Numbered from the stretch's first letter, positions 48,363-58,799 are shown. The stretch: 64,000 nucleotides of DNA from Candidatus Hydrogenedentota bacterium (GCA_903893795.1 CAITNO010000074.1:18766-82765); one strand, 5' to 3'. Notes: generated from the sequence alone by a model not told the origin. Program-made: numbers and translations.

Positions 48363-49931
48363 TTACTTCGCGATTTCGACGGCGCGGGTCTCGCGCACGA
48401 CGGTCACACGGATCTGGCCGGGATAGGTCATCTCGGCTTCGACTTTGCGGGCGATGTCGTGGGAAAGCTGCAGGGCCTCGGCGTCGCTCACCCGGTCCGG
48501 CTGGACCACGATGCGCACTTCGCGGCCCGCCTGAATGGCGAAGGCCCGGTCCACGCCGGGAAAGTCGATGGCAATCTGCTCCAACTGCTCCAGGCGCTTG
48601 ATGTAGTTCTGCAGCATCTCGCTGCGCGCGCCGGGCCGCGACGCCGACATGGCGTCGGCCGCCTGCACGAGCACGGCCGTGAGCGTGTTCATGGGCATTT
48701 CGCCGTGGTGCGCGCCCACCGCATTGGCAATCGCCTCGGGCTCGCCGTAGCGTTTGCACAGGTCGTGGCCCAGCACGGCGTGGGAGCCCTCGACCTCGTG
48801 GGTGAGGGCCTTGCCCAAATCGTGGATGAGTCCGGCGCGCTTGGCCTCGTGGATGTTGCAGCCCAGTTCGGCGGCCATCAGGCCGGCGATGTGGCACACT
48901 TCCAGCGAGTGGCGCAGCACATTCTGGCCGTAGGAGGTGCGGTAACTCAGGCGGCCCAGCAGCTTGATGATTTCCGGGTGCAGCCCGTGCACGTCGGCCT
49001 CCATGCAGGCTTCCTCGCCGCGCTCTTTCATCGTCCGCGCCAGCTCCTCGGTCACCTTCTCGACCACTTCCTCGATGCGGGCCGGGTGGATGCGGCCGTC
49101 CTGGATCAGCCGTTCCAGCGTGATGCGGGCGGTTTCGCGGCGGACCGGGTCAAACCCGGACAGCACCACCGCCTCGGGCGTGTCGTCGATGATGACGTTC
49201 ACGCCGGTGGCGTTTTCCAGGGCGCGGATGTTGCGGCCTTCACGGCCGATGATGCGTCCCTTCATGTCGTCGCTGGGCAGGGCCACCACGGAGACTGTCG
49301 TTTCGGCGGTGTGGTCGGAGGCGCAGCGCTGGATGGCCTCGCCAACGATCCAGCGGGCCTTCTTGTCGGCGTTTTCGCGCAACTCGTCCTCGATGCGCTT
49401 GAGTTCGAGGGCGCAGTCGCGCTTGACCTCGTTTTCAAGACGGGCGAAGAGGTCCCTGCGGGCCTGTTCGGCCGTGAGTCCGGCAATGGCCTCCAGCTTG
49501 CTTGTCTGCTCGGCGATGAGGCCGTTCAGGCGCTCGCGCTCCTTTTCGTTGGCCTTTTCCTTGGCGACCAGGTTGCGCTCCTGGGTGGTCATTTCGGCCG
49601 TGGTCTTGTCAAGCGCCGCAGCGCGGGCGTCAAGGCCCTGTTCCTTGGTCACGAGGCGCTTTTCGACCTCGCCCATTTCACGGCGGGCTTCCCGCTTTTC
49701 CCCTTCCAGTTTTTCGCGCAGATTGATTTCGAGTTCTTTGGCGGCGTTCTTGCCGTCCCGGACGATTCCCGACGCGTTGCGTTCGGCCTCGCTGATGAGT
49801 TGGGCCGCCTCCCGTTTGGCCTTGCTGACGGCACTGTTGCCGCGGAATTGGGAAAGGACCATCGCAATGATAATCCCCACCACCAGCCCGCCCACAGCGG
49901 CGGCCACTGGAATGACTATGCTAATCGGCAT
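48363..49931 (-). CDS. rny: ribonuclease Y
   Basis: N-terminal TM, coiled coil, KH MKGRIIGREGRNIR, RTSYGQNVL.HS, HD motif IHDLGK, ADA.SASRPGAR. Confidence 0.97.
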   Translation of the reverse strand: MPISIVIPVAAAVGGLVVGIIIAMVLSQFRGNSAVSKAKREAAQLISEAERNASGIVRDGKNAAKELEINLREKLEGEKREARREMGEVEKRLVTKEQGLDARAAALDKTTAEMTTQERNLVAKEKANEKERERLNGLIAEQTSKLEAIAGLTAEQARRDLFARLENEVKRDCALELKRIEDELRENADKKARWIVGEAIQRCASDHTAETTVSVVALPSDDMKGRIIGREGRNIRALENATGVNVIIDDTPEAVVLSGFDPVRRETARITLERLIQDGRIHPARIEEVVEKVTEELARTMKERGEEACMEADVHGLHPEIIKLLGRLSYRTSYGQNVLRHSLEVCHIAGLMAAELGCNIHEAKRAGLIHDLGKALTHEVEGSHAVLGHDLCKRYGEPEAIANAVGAHHGEMPMNTLTAVLVQAADAMSASRPGARSEMLQNYIKRLEQLEQIAIDFPGVDRAFAIQAGREVRIVVQPDRVSDAEALQLSHDIARKVEAEMTYPGQIRVTVVRETRAVEIAK

Positions 49932-49956
49932 GCACCCTACCTCCTGGTTCCGTTAA

Positions 49957-50168
49957 GGAACACGTGGTTATGGTTCGTCGGGCAGGAGGAGCGCAGTCGG
50001 ACGGACGCAATCTAAATCAACCGTACAGTCGGTGCCTTTGGGGCACCCACATGGGCTTGCCAACATTTGCCGTCGCGTGTGTCATGGCGAGAATACCCGA
50101 ACCGCCCTCGGGGGCGCGTATATGCCTGTGGTCCGAATGACTGCCGACCTCAACCTACCGGAAGTTCC
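49957..50168 (-). ncRNA. ssrS: probable 6S RNA or long rod-like leader RNA
   Basis: 5' ggaac..ggtaggttgaggtcggcag pairs with 3' ctgcccgacgaaccataacc..gttcc; ~210 nt; strong promoter upstream; position before rny is known 6S synteny. Confidence 0.5.
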
Positions 50169-50198
50169 TATTATAAAAAGCCTTAGCGTTCTTCTGCC

Positions 50199-50228
50199 AT
50201 TATATGCAGGCCGGGTGGCATCTGTCAA
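50199..50228 (-). promoter_or_regulatory. consensus sigma70 promoter
   Basis: TTGACA, 18 nt, TATAAT on the minus strand; second TATAAT at 50170-50175. Confidence 0.75.
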
Positions 50229-50796
50229 TGAATTAGAAACGACACATTTTACTAATATGCGCGCGACAGAGCATGGCGGGCAACAGGTTGCACAAGGTGA
50301 ACACTCTGCACTTCACGACCATCGCGTTTTAGCGAACAGGCGCGATCATTCGCAGGCCGATCTGACGGGACCGCCAAGAGAAGTGCCCGCACACTCGTAT
50401 TCTTAAGTATTAGGCGAGACCCTCCCAACTGCTATAAATACGCATTGAATGTTTTTGTTGACAAAGCCTACAGCCTCTGATAGGTTAATGGACGCATCAG
50501 GCAGTGGGTGATGTAACCGAACTTTCAGGGGTGACGCCCGCGCGCGGGAATTCTTGCCGCAGGGGAAACCAAGAGGCTGGCGGAGAGGGTACACTAACAT
50601 GAAAAAGGGAATGACGGCGGTTCTGCCACATGCGGGGGCGGTGCGGGAGGGTTCTCTTTGCGGGGACCTTGTGCCCGCACGGACACACTGTATAAAAGGC
50701 GAAAGTGTCCTGCAATTCACATCGGGATCGGACCGTGGAAGGATGCTAAACAGTGGCCTGACCCAGAATTGCCCAGGGGCAAAGGATATCTAACAG

Positions 50797-51408
50797 GTGA
50801 CTGTCCCCAATAATCCCAAAAAGGCGGGCCTTTCGGATGCTATTACGCAAATTGGTTGCCTCGGCGCGTTTATCTTCATGGCATTGGGTTTTCTTGTTAC
50901 AACGCTGTACTGCCTTGGCATGGCCGGCTACATAATCGTTGATGGATGGCGAAGCACGGGTTGGGAGTCGGCGCGCGGCACAGTGACGGAAGCCTTCGTA
51001 AGAACAAGTAAATCGCATGGCTCGGGCCGATACGGCGGCGGCGGGTCAACGACGGTGTTTTATGAACCCGTCGTCAGGTACACCTATGAAGTCGGGATGA
51101 AGCAGCACCACGGCAACCATATCTATCTTGTTTCGGGCGAAAACTCAGTGGACCGAAAATGGGCGTATGAGACGATAGATCGATACACGAAAGACAAGTC
51201 CGTTTCAGTCCATTACAACCCTGCGAAACCGGCAGAATCTGCCCTGGAAGTGGGCGTATCGTGGTTGCGAGTACGGCAGATGTGCAGCGGCGCACTGCTC
51301 TGGGGCGTGTGCAGCGCGATTTCGTTTTGGATATTGTATATGTTCATACTCTTTACACTTGAGAAACGAGGGAAACGTCCGCAATTGGATGTAGAGAAGA
51401 CTGGGTAA
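50797..51408 (+). CDS. DUF3592-like membrane protein
   Basis: TM, W....GTV, Y.P.VRYTYEV, V.VHYNP.KP.ES.L, TM; lower GC. Confidence 0.7.
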   Translation: MTVPNNPKKAGLSDAITQIGCLGAFIFMALGFLVTTLYCLGMAGYIIVDGWRSTGWESARGTVTEAFVRTSKSHGSGRYGGGGSTTVFYEPVVRYTYEVGMKQHHGNHIYLVSGENSVDRKWAYETIDRYTKDKSVSVHYNPAKPAESALEVGVSWLRVRQMCSGALLWGVCSAISFWILYMFILFTLEKRGKRPQLDVEKTG

Positions 51409-51622
51409 GCAAGGCCTCTCGCAAAACGCCGCTATAAGCCAAAACCTCATACAAGAAGTACACGTAATAAAAACCGCCAGGAAAGCTAGGGCCGCATCCC
51501 CGAACAAGCATGAATCATGAATAATGCGCTTGTCGGAGCGGTGGAAATTGCGAATCCGCAATTACGAACGGGGCGCTGGAATGCCTTCGCGGGCAGGCCC
51601 GGGAGCGCGCGACTGTGGAGGA

Positions 51623-52330
51623 TCACGGGACTGCCGTTGACGGGTGTGGGGCAAACGCGGAAAGCCCTTTCAGCAGCGCAGTGACCGAGGGGGAGTCCCA
51701 CTTGGCCGAACCCTTGTGCTTGAGCACCACATCGCCCGAGGGGCTGAGGATGACGGTGACGGGGGTGCCGCCCTGATAGAGCGCGGGCAGGGCCTTTTTG
51801 TAGGAATAGAGCGGGAATCCGACGCCGTATTGCTTCGCCACAGCGGGCAGGTCGTCAAAGCCGGCAATGGCCACGGCCACGAAGGCCACATCGGACCTGG
51901 CCAGGGACTGGTGCAGTTTGTTGAGCCCGGCCAGTTCGGGCAGGCAGTTGATGCAGGCGGGACTCCAGAAATGGAGAAAGACGGTCTTTCCCTTGAGGCT
52001 TTCCAGGTCGAGGGGCGCGCCGTCCGCCTGTTCCAGCTTGAGGGAATAGTCGCCGGGGAGGCCGGAACCGGGGGCGATGGTTTTGAGCTGCTCCCGTTTC
52101 TTGGCCACCCAGTAGTCCTGCACGGGCTTGAGGTAGCTCAGCGCCACGAGGCCCGCCATCAGGAGGACGAGGCCAAGAACGGTTGCCAGGACGCCCGTGG
52201 CGCAGCCCCAGAGAAAGGGTTTGCGCCGGGAAGGGATAGAAGGGTGAAGGGGAAGGGGTGAAGGGTGAAGAGGGGCGGGAGGCATCTGGTCGGGACTCGA
52301 TGGGGACTGTGTTTCAGGGGACTCGGTCAT
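51623..52330 (-). CDS. TlpA/ResA-like thioredoxin-fold protein
   Basis: TM anchor, LKGKTVFLHFWSPACINC..E, P.TVIL...G; GGAGG RBS before 52330. Confidence 0.85.
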   Translation of the reverse strand: MTESPETQSPSSPDQMPPAPLHPSPLPLHPSIPSRRKPFLWGCATGVLATVLGLVLLMAGLVALSYLKPVQDYWVAKKREQLKTIAPGSGLPGDYSLKLEQADGAPLDLESLKGKTVFLHFWSPACINCLPELAGLNKLHQSLARSDVAFVAVAIAGFDDLPAVAKQYGVGFPLYSYKKALPALYQGGTPVTVILSPSGDVVLKHKGSAKWDSPSVTALLKGLSAFAPHPSTAVP

Positions 52331-52368
52331 GGAATCGGTTCCTCCATTCATGCCGGAAAGACAATTGA

Positions 52369-52577
52369 ACATGGATATACAGGATGCACAGGATTAAGAA
52401 CGTGTTGCCGTTTGTGCCGCGCTTTCAGCGCTCCGAACGCCGGGTGGAAACTGTCCACTTGCCATGGCCACCGGTTTCTGTGTTCCATTCTGAATTCTGA
52501 ATTCTGGATTCTATATTCTTCTGCTGGGCCCAACGGCCGCAGCACGCTTTAATCCTGTGCATCCTGTTCATCCATGT
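52369..52577. repeat. 29-bp inverted repeat enclosing ATTCTGA heptamer repeats
   Basis: acatggatatacaggatgcacaggattaa / ttaatcctgtgcatcctgttcatccatgt (2 mismatches); heptamers at 52487-52519. Confidence 0.75.
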
Positions 52578-52646
52578 AAAATTCTCTTATGCCTTGTTCC
52601 GTACTACTATGTCCAAAAATGTTCGCAGAACACGACGATTCCTGTC

Positions 52647-52693
52647 TGGGGCATACACCCCCGGCCCTTCGGGCCACCCCCCTCCAGGGGGGA
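52647..52693. repeat. REP-like element, copy of 40855-40902
   Basis: tggggcatacacccccggcccttcgggccacccccctccagggggga. Confidence 0.8.
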
Positions 52694-52825
52694 TCAGAGG
52701 CAGCACGACTCCGAACCCTATTGGCTGCGGCTCTGCTGCTCCATAATATTCCGTGGTTCAGCTCTTTTCTATGCCTTGGATGCGGCTATCGGCTGTGCCA
52801 GGTTGTCTCATCCTGTCCATTCATG

Positions 52826-54163
52826 TCAAAGGGATTCTTCCTGTTCGGCGTCGCGGCGGTCCAGTTCGGCGAGATATTCCCGGATGCGGGTCTCGTGGCC
52901 CTGCTCCTTGGGGTGATAGTAGGTGCCCCGGGGCACGCCGTATTCCTGGGGCACGTATCCTCCCTCGTAGTCGTGGGCGTAGCGGTAGTCCTCCCCCCGG
53001 CCCAGGCGCTTGGCGCCCTTGTAATGGGTGTCCTGCAGGTGGGCGGGCACCTCGACGGTCTTCTTTTCGCGCACATCCTTGAGCGCGGCGTCGATGGCGA
53101 GGTAGGCGGCGTTGCTCTTGGGGGCGGAGGCGACGTAGGTGGCGGCCTGGGCGAGGATGATGCGCGCCTCGGGCATGCCGATGAACTCGCTGGCCTGGGC
53201 GGCGGCGGTGGCCAACACCAGGGCCATGGGGTCGGCGTTGCCCACGTCCTCGGAGGCCAGGATGCAGATGCGCCGGGCGATAAAGCGGGGCGTTTCGCCG
53301 GACTCGATCATGCGGGCCATCCAGTAGACGGCCGAATCGGGGTTGCTGCCGCGCATGCTTTTGATGAAGGCCGAGGCGGCGTCATAATGCTCGTCGCCCG
53401 AGCCGTCGTAATGGAGCATCTTGCGCTGAATCGACTCGGCGGCCACGTCGGCGGTGATGTGGATGCGGTCCGCCTCGGGCGGGGTGGTGAGCAGGGCGAT
53501 TTCGAGCGCGTTCAGCGCGCGCCGGGCGTCACCCTCGGCATAGCGGGCGATGTGGGCCAGCGCCTCCGGGTCGGCCGCCACCTCCAACTCGGGGAAGCCC
53601 CGTTCCGGGTGGGCCAGCGCCCGCTCCATCAGGGTGACCAGCGCGCCATCGTCCAAACGGCGGAATTCAAATATTTGCGAGCGCGACAGCAGCGGCGCCA
53701 CCACGGAGAAGAAGGGGTTTTCCGTGGTCGCGCCGATAAGCGTGATTTTTCCATTTTCCACGTCCGGCAGCAGCGCGTCCTGCTGGGCCCGGTTGAAGCG
53801 GTGGATTTCGTCCACAAAGACAATAGTCTTGCGGCTGTCATGGATGCGCCGTTCATGGGCGGCGGCGATGAGTTCGCGCAGGTCCTTGACCCCGGCGGTG
53901 ACGGCGTTGAGCGGGGCGAAGACCGAACTGGTGCGCATGGCGATAAGCCGGGCGAGGGCGGTTTTCCCCGAACCGGGCGGGCCGTAGAGGATCAGCGAGG
54001 TGACCCGGTCGGCCTCGATAGCCCGGCGGAGAATCTTGCCCGGACCCAGGATATGCTCCTGGCCGACGATGTCGTCCAGCGTGCGCGGCGCCACGCGCCG
54101 GGCCAGCGGCGCCTCGCGGCGGATGCGGTCGGCGGCGGCATGTTCAAAGAGATTGTCCGTCAT
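52826..54163 (-). CDS. rarA: replication-associated recombination protein A
   Basis: PLA.R..P..LDD.VGQEH, GPPGSGKT, FVDEIHRFN, GATTENP, SAFIKSMRGS, ASEDVGNADP. Confidence 0.95.
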   Translation of the reverse strand: MTDNLFEHAAADRIRREAPLARRVAPRTLDDIVGQEHILGPGKILRRAIEADRVTSLILYGPPGSGKTALARLIAMRTSSVFAPLNAVTAGVKDLRELIAAAHERRIHDSRKTIVFVDEIHRFNRAQQDALLPDVENGKITLIGATTENPFFSVVAPLLSRSQIFEFRRLDDGALVTLMERALAHPERGFPELEVAADPEALAHIARYAEGDARRALNALEIALLTTPPEADRIHITADVAAESIQRKMLHYDGSGDEHYDAASAFIKSMRGSNPDSAVYWMARMIESGETPRFIARRICILASEDVGNADPMALVLATAAAQASEFIGMPEARIILAQAATYVASAPKSNAAYLAIDAALKDVREKKTVEVPAHLQDTHYKGAKRLGRGEDYRYAHDYEGGYVPQEYGVPRGTYYHPKEQGHETRIREYLAELDRRDAEQEESL

Positions 54164-54394
54164 GGGGAGGATTGTAGTCGCGCAGGGTTCGGCGCGGCAA
54201 GGTAAAGATGGGACGGAGGGGGTCAGCGGCGAAACGGGTAATGGGGCGGGCATCAGGGGGGCGGCCAATCGGGAGAGACCCTGTGCCCGGGAAAGGGCGC
54301 CCGCTGCGTTGCCTCGGATGCCCTGAAATGGCCATCGGCAGGGCACTCTCCCGCCGATTTTTTCCCCGCACGGCCGATGGAGTACAATCGGCCC

Positions 54395-55363
54395 ATGCAG
54401 GTAGTCTTCGTCATACCGGTCTTCAACGAGCAGGAAACCATCGCGCCGCTTGCCGAGGGCATCATCGCGCAGATGGGCGCGCGTTCGCACCGCATCATCT
54501 TTGTGAATGACGGCAGCACCGACGACTCGTGGGCGCGCATTGTCAAACTGCGCGAGAAGCACCCCAACATCGACGCCATACGGCTGCGCCGCAATTTCGG
54601 CAAGACCATCGCGCTCACCGTGGGTTTTGCCCACGCCCAGGGCGGCATCATCGTCACGATGGACGCCGACCTGCAGGATGATCCCCGCGAGATCCCGCGC
54701 ATGCTGGTCCCCATCGAGGAGGGCGGCTACGACGTGGTCTGCGGCTGGAAACACCGGCGCCACGACCCCTGGCACAAGACCATTCCGTCGCGCATCTACA
54801 ACGCCTGGATCGCGCGCACCTTCAAGCTGCCGATCCACGATGTGAACACCGGTTTCAAGGCCATGCGCAACACGGCCGTGTGCGGCATGCCTCTCTACGG
54901 CGACATGCACCGGCTTATCCCCGTCTTTGCGGCGAGCCTCGGGTTCCGCGTCACCGAGATCCCCGTGGCGCACCAGCCCCGGCGTTTCGGCAAGTCCAAA
55001 TACGGCTTTGACCGCTTTGGACGGGGCGCGCTGGACACCATCACCGCGGCCTTTCTGACCAAGTACGGCGACGCGCCGGGACAGTATTTCGGCCGCATGA
55101 TTCTCTTTTGCGGGGCCATGATTGTGGCCGTGCTGCTTGCGGCCGTGGTCGCCTCCCTGCTCGTTACCTTCTTCCTCAGCAGCGCCAACTACGGCGAACA
55201 GCTCGCCATGACCGCCATCATTCTGCTCATGATGCTCATGAGCCTCGTCATCGTCTGCGTCGGCACTGTCGGCGTTGGTCTCGGCTTTGTCGCCGAACTG
55301 CTCCTGCGCCGCACCCCCGCCCCCGACCCCAACCGCTACATCGCCGAAAAGCACGTCGGGTAG
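54395..55363 (+). CDS. GT2 polyprenol-phosphate glycosyltransferase (ArnC/GtrB-like)
   Basis: VIPVFNE, NDGSTD, RRNFGK, MDADLQDDP, HR.IP, C-terminal TM helices. Confidence 0.9.
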   Translation: MQVVFVIPVFNEQETIAPLAEGIIAQMGARSHRIIFVNDGSTDDSWARIVKLREKHPNIDAIRLRRNFGKTIALTVGFAHAQGGIIVTMDADLQDDPREIPRMLVPIEEGGYDVVCGWKHRRHDPWHKTIPSRIYNAWIARTFKLPIHDVNTGFKAMRNTAVCGMPLYGDMHRLIPVFAASLGFRVTEIPVAHQPRRFGKSKYGFDRFGRGALDTITAAFLTKYGDAPGQYFGRMILFCGAMIVAVLLAAVVASLLVTFFLSSANYGEQLAMTAIILLMMLMSLVIVCVGTVGVGLGFVAELLLRRTPAPDPNRYIAEKHVG

Positions 55364-55524
55364 GCAACCCCCTTGCAGTCACTTTGGCGGGTAGGTGTAT
55401 TCTTTTTCGACGGCGGCCACCCTGCCGCGGCACTTGCTCCCACGACCGAAGACAGATCCCTTGTCGGAAGCCGTGCTTTCGCATCCGAGGCGACGGCGAG
55501 GAAAAGGGTAGACGCCAAGGATAA

Positions 55525-56937
55525 CTACGGCGTCAGCACCACACGAAAACCATATTGGCCGTCAGTCACGTCCGGCGCGGGATTGACACGGTCTGCAGAG
55601 CGGGCCCACGTGTAAAGTTGGTACCAGGAGCCGCCACGGGCTGTTCGGTTCGAACCCCTGGGCGTATCCACCCAGGCTTGCCCTCCCGTGGGGGCGCCGG
55701 TATAGTCCGGATGATAGTCATCTTCACACCATTCGAACACATTTCCGCTCATGTCATACAGGCCCCAGGCATTTGGAAGCTTCTGGCCCACAATGTGCGC
55801 GTATTGCTCGCCTGCCGACCATGCGTTATCCGCATACCATGCGTAATCGCCGATCATGGAGCCGTTCGGGTCGTCGCCCCAATAGAACCGTGTCGTCGTC
55901 CCCGCCCGGGCCGCATATTCCCGCTCCGCCTCCGAGGGCAGCCGAAATGTCTTGCCAGTATCGCTGTTTACCGCGGTCAAGAACGCCTTCGCGTCGTTCC
56001 AGGACACGAGCGAGGCCGGGCTGCTCCCGTTGGCAAGCTCAAAAGCCTGGCCCGTCCATGGCGAGGTCCCCATCACCGCTTTCCACTGCGATTTGGTGAT
56101 CGAATACTTACCCATCCAGAACCCGGGCAGCGTCACCAGGTGCTGCGGCTGTTCATTGGCGACCCGACCCTGCTCGTTGTCCGGGCTGCCCATGGTAAAC
56201 TCCCCGCTCGGAATCCACTTCAACACCAGCGACACATTGCCCGGCAGCAGCACGGTCTGCGACGCGCCTGCGGAGGGCTCCGCCAGCTTGATGTAGTCAC
56301 TGTACACGGCGGAGTTGTTGCCGGCGCCGTCAAGGTACTGCGCGCGAACGGTGTGATTGCCAAGGCCTGCCGGCAGCGTGTAAGGGCGCGTGGCCTGGGG
56401 CGCTTCCCAGGCGGTCCAGTGCGCGCCGTCATCACTGAAACGCACGCGCGACACGCCCGAACCCGAGCCGTCCGCCCAGGTCAGTCCCAGCGTGACGGAT
56501 CGGCTGTTCGTGGTCGCGGCACCGCTGTTAATGGTGATGCCGCCCGTGGGAGGCGCGGTATCCAGCAGGATGTAGTCGCTGCACACCGCGGAACTGTTGT
56601 TTGCCTTGTCCAGGAACTGGACCCGCACCGTCCTGTGGCCGTCCGGTCCCACCGGCAGGGCGTAGGTGTCAGACGCGGCAAGCGCCTGCCACGCCGTCCA
56701 ATGCGCGCCGTCATCGCTGAAACGCATCCGCGACACGCCCGAGCCCCCGACGCCGTCGCTCCAGGTGAGCGCCAGGAGGACGTTGAGTGTGTTGGTGGCG
56801 CTGCGGTTGTTGTTGATGACGATGGTGCCTGTCGGGGGCGTGGTATCCACGGCGCGGGCGCCCGACGGGGCAAACCCTGCAAGCGCCGCCAACATTAATG
56901 TATAAACAATCCCTTGAGCCTTTAACGTGCTTTTCAT
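55525..56937 (-). CDS. secreted protein: two DTTPPTG beta-repeats + FGE-sulfatase (CLec-fold) domain, paralog 1
   Basis: FTMGS, RLPSEAE.EYAARAG, PNAWGLYDMSGNVFEWC, RGGSW, GFRVV. Confidence 0.88.
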   Translation of the reverse strand: MKSTLKAQGIVYTLMLAALAGFAPSGARAVDTTPPTGTIVINNNRSATNTLNVLLALTWSDGVGGSGVSRMRFSDDGAHWTAWQALAASDTYALPVGPDGHRTVRVQFLDKANNSSAVCSDYILLDTAPPTGGITINSGAATTNSRSVTLGLTWADGSGSGVSRVRFSDDGAHWTAWEAPQATRPYTLPAGLGNHTVRAQYLDGAGNNSAVYSDYIKLAEPSAGASQTVLLPGNVSLVLKWIPSGEFTMGSPDNEQGRVANEQPQHLVTLPGFWMGKYSITKSQWKAVMGTSPWTGQAFELANGSSPASLVSWNDAKAFLTAVNSDTGKTFRLPSEAEREYAARAGTTTRFYWGDDPNGSMIGDYAWYADNAWSAGEQYAHIVGQKLPNAWGLYDMSGNVFEWCEDDYHPDYTGAPTGGQAWVDTPRGSNRTARGGSWYQLYTWARSADRVNPAPDVTDGQYGFRVVLTP

Positions 56938-57302
56938 GGTATCCACTCCATTGTGCGGCATTCATGCCCGCGTTCACATTCGCCTGACCCGATGACCTGT
57001 AACGGTCGCTCCGTGCGGACTTGTTGCATGAATGTTATACAGATGGTGGGGCGCAAACATCCGTGGAAAGTACGTTCCCTGCTGGATCCCTGCGAAAAAG
57101 ATGCAAAAGGCTCTCGAATGTTTCCCCCGGGAATGCCAATCTTTTTGTTGGGGTCCTGAATCACGGGGCGTATATTTTCGAGAGCGCCAATCAGGAGCAT
57201 TGGTTTTCCCAGGCAAAAAGAAGTTCGCCCGCCGGAAGGCGGGCGAACGAAGGTCAAGAGATGTCCCGTTGCGCCCGCTCGGGACGCAACGGCGAAAAGC
57301 GG

Positions 57303-58712
57303 CTACGGAATCCGCACGACGCGCATGCCGATGGACCAGCCATTGGCTAATGGTCCATACTTAGTGCGGTTTGCAGACCGGAAGGCCCCCACGAGGTCAG
57401 ACAACCCGTAATCATGAGATGCCCGCCGTTCAGCCCTCGGAGAGTCCACCCAGGCACTGCCGTCCGTCGGCGCCCCGCTGTAACTGGAATGCCAGTCGTC
57501 TTCACACCACTCCGCAACGTTGCCGGCCATGTCGTACAGGCCCCACGCATTGGGTTTCTTCTGGCCCACCAAATGCGCGTAATTCTCGCCGACGTCCATC
57601 GTGTTTCCCTTCCACCAGGCATATTGACTTCCCGTCGCATCGCTTCCATCATCACCCCAGTAGTATTGCGTGGTCGTTCCCGCGCGGAGGGCGTATTGGA
57701 ACTGCGCCTCCGAGGGCAGCCGGAAAGTCTTACCGGTACAGGTGTTCAGTGCCGTCAGGATGGTGTGCGCGTCATTCCAATTGATAAACACTGCGGGCGC
57801 ATTCGCGACACCGAGCTCGTTCGGATTCGTGTTCGGCTCATACCCCGTCAGCGCCTGCCTTTGGGCGTTGGTCAGTTCATACTTGCCCATCCAGAAGCCG
57901 CTCAGCGTCACCGTGTGCTGCGGCCATTCCCAGTTCATCGCGTTCGGGTCCGTATCCGGACTGCCCATGACGAAACTCCCCGCCGGGATCCACCTCATCA
58001 CCAGCGGCACACTGCCCGGGAGCATGATCGTCTCCTCGTTCGGGTCCGCCACGAGCTTGATGTAGTCGTTGTACACCGGTGAATAGTTGTTCGCGGCGTC
58101 CAGATATTGCACCCGCACCGTCTGGTAGCCGAGCGTCGCTTTCGGCAGCTTGTAGGCTTTCGTGGCGGTGGGGTACATCCAGTTGGTCCAGGTCGAACCA
58201 TTGTCGCTGAAGCGCATGCGGACCACGCCCGAACCGCCCGCATTGTCGGCAAAGGTCAACCCGAGCGTGACCGACTGCTTCGTCGTGGTCAGGTCGCCCT
58301 TGTTGATGATGATGGCGCCCGTCGGCGCCACCGTGTCCAGCCGGATATAGTCGCTGTAGGTTATGGAGCGGTTGTTGGCCAGGTCGATGAACTGAACCCT
58401 CACCGTCTTGTATCCGTCCCCGGCAGGAAGCTGGTAGGACCGCGACGGTGTCAGGCTCTCATAGGCCGTCCAGGTCGAGCCGTCATTGCTGAAGCGCATC
58501 CGCGCCACGCCCGAGCCGCCCGCATTGTCGGCCCAGGTCATTGCGATGGTCACATTGCGCGAGTTCGTGCACGATTGGTTGCCGTTGATGACAATCGTGC
58601 CCGTCGGGGGCGTCGTGTCTGTCACCGCACGCGCCGCCGGCTGCGGCAGCACCGCAAGCGCCAGCAGCACGGCCGCCAGTGTGAGTCCAAAACCCAAAGA
58701 CTTCTTGTTCAT
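57303..58712 (-). CDS. FGE-sulfatase (CLec-fold) secreted protein, paralog 2
   Basis: same architecture; PNAWGLYDMAGNVAEWC; divergent C-terminus lacking RGGSW. Confidence 0.88.
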   Translation of the reverse strand: MNKKSLGFGLTLAAVLLALAVLPQPAARAVTDTTPPTGTIVINGNQSCTNSRNVTIAMTWADNAGGSGVARMRFSNDGSTWTAYESLTPSRSYQLPAGDGYKTVRVQFIDLANNRSITYSDYIRLDTVAPTGAIIINKGDLTTTKQSVTLGLTFADNAGGSGVVRMRFSDNGSTWTNWMYPTATKAYKLPKATLGYQTVRVQYLDAANNYSPVYNDYIKLVADPNEETIMLPGSVPLVMRWIPAGSFVMGSPDTDPNAMNWEWPQHTVTLSGFWMGKYELTNAQRQALTGYEPNTNPNELGVANAPAVFINWNDAHTILTALNTCTGKTFRLPSEAQFQYALRAGTTTQYYWGDDGSDATGSQYAWWKGNTMDVGENYAHLVGQKKPNAWGLYDMAGNVAEWCEDDWHSSYSGAPTDGSAWVDSPRAERRASHDYGLSDLVGAFRSANRTKYGPLANGWSIGMRVVRIP

Positions 58713-58759
58713 CGCATACACTCCGTTGTGATTGGCACCGCGCATCATCCCATTCGGCA

Positions 58760-58799
58760 AAGCCACCCCCCGGACAGTTCCGGGGGCGGCACTAAATTC
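58760..58799 (-). terminator. GC hairpin after FGE paralog 3, duplicated at 63800-63840
   Basis: gccaccccccgga...tccgggggcggcactaa. Confidence 0.55.

Noticed and set aside
48345-50015. Long antisense ORFs (this one and e.g. 3710-5452, 18410-20449, 26134-27459, 52589-54205)
   Set aside because: Shadow ORFs of GC-rich genes with no recognisable motifs.
54164-55354. 842-aa RarA with long N-terminal extension in the ORF track
   Set aside because: The extension is antisense to the GT2 gene; RarA homology starts at Met 54163.
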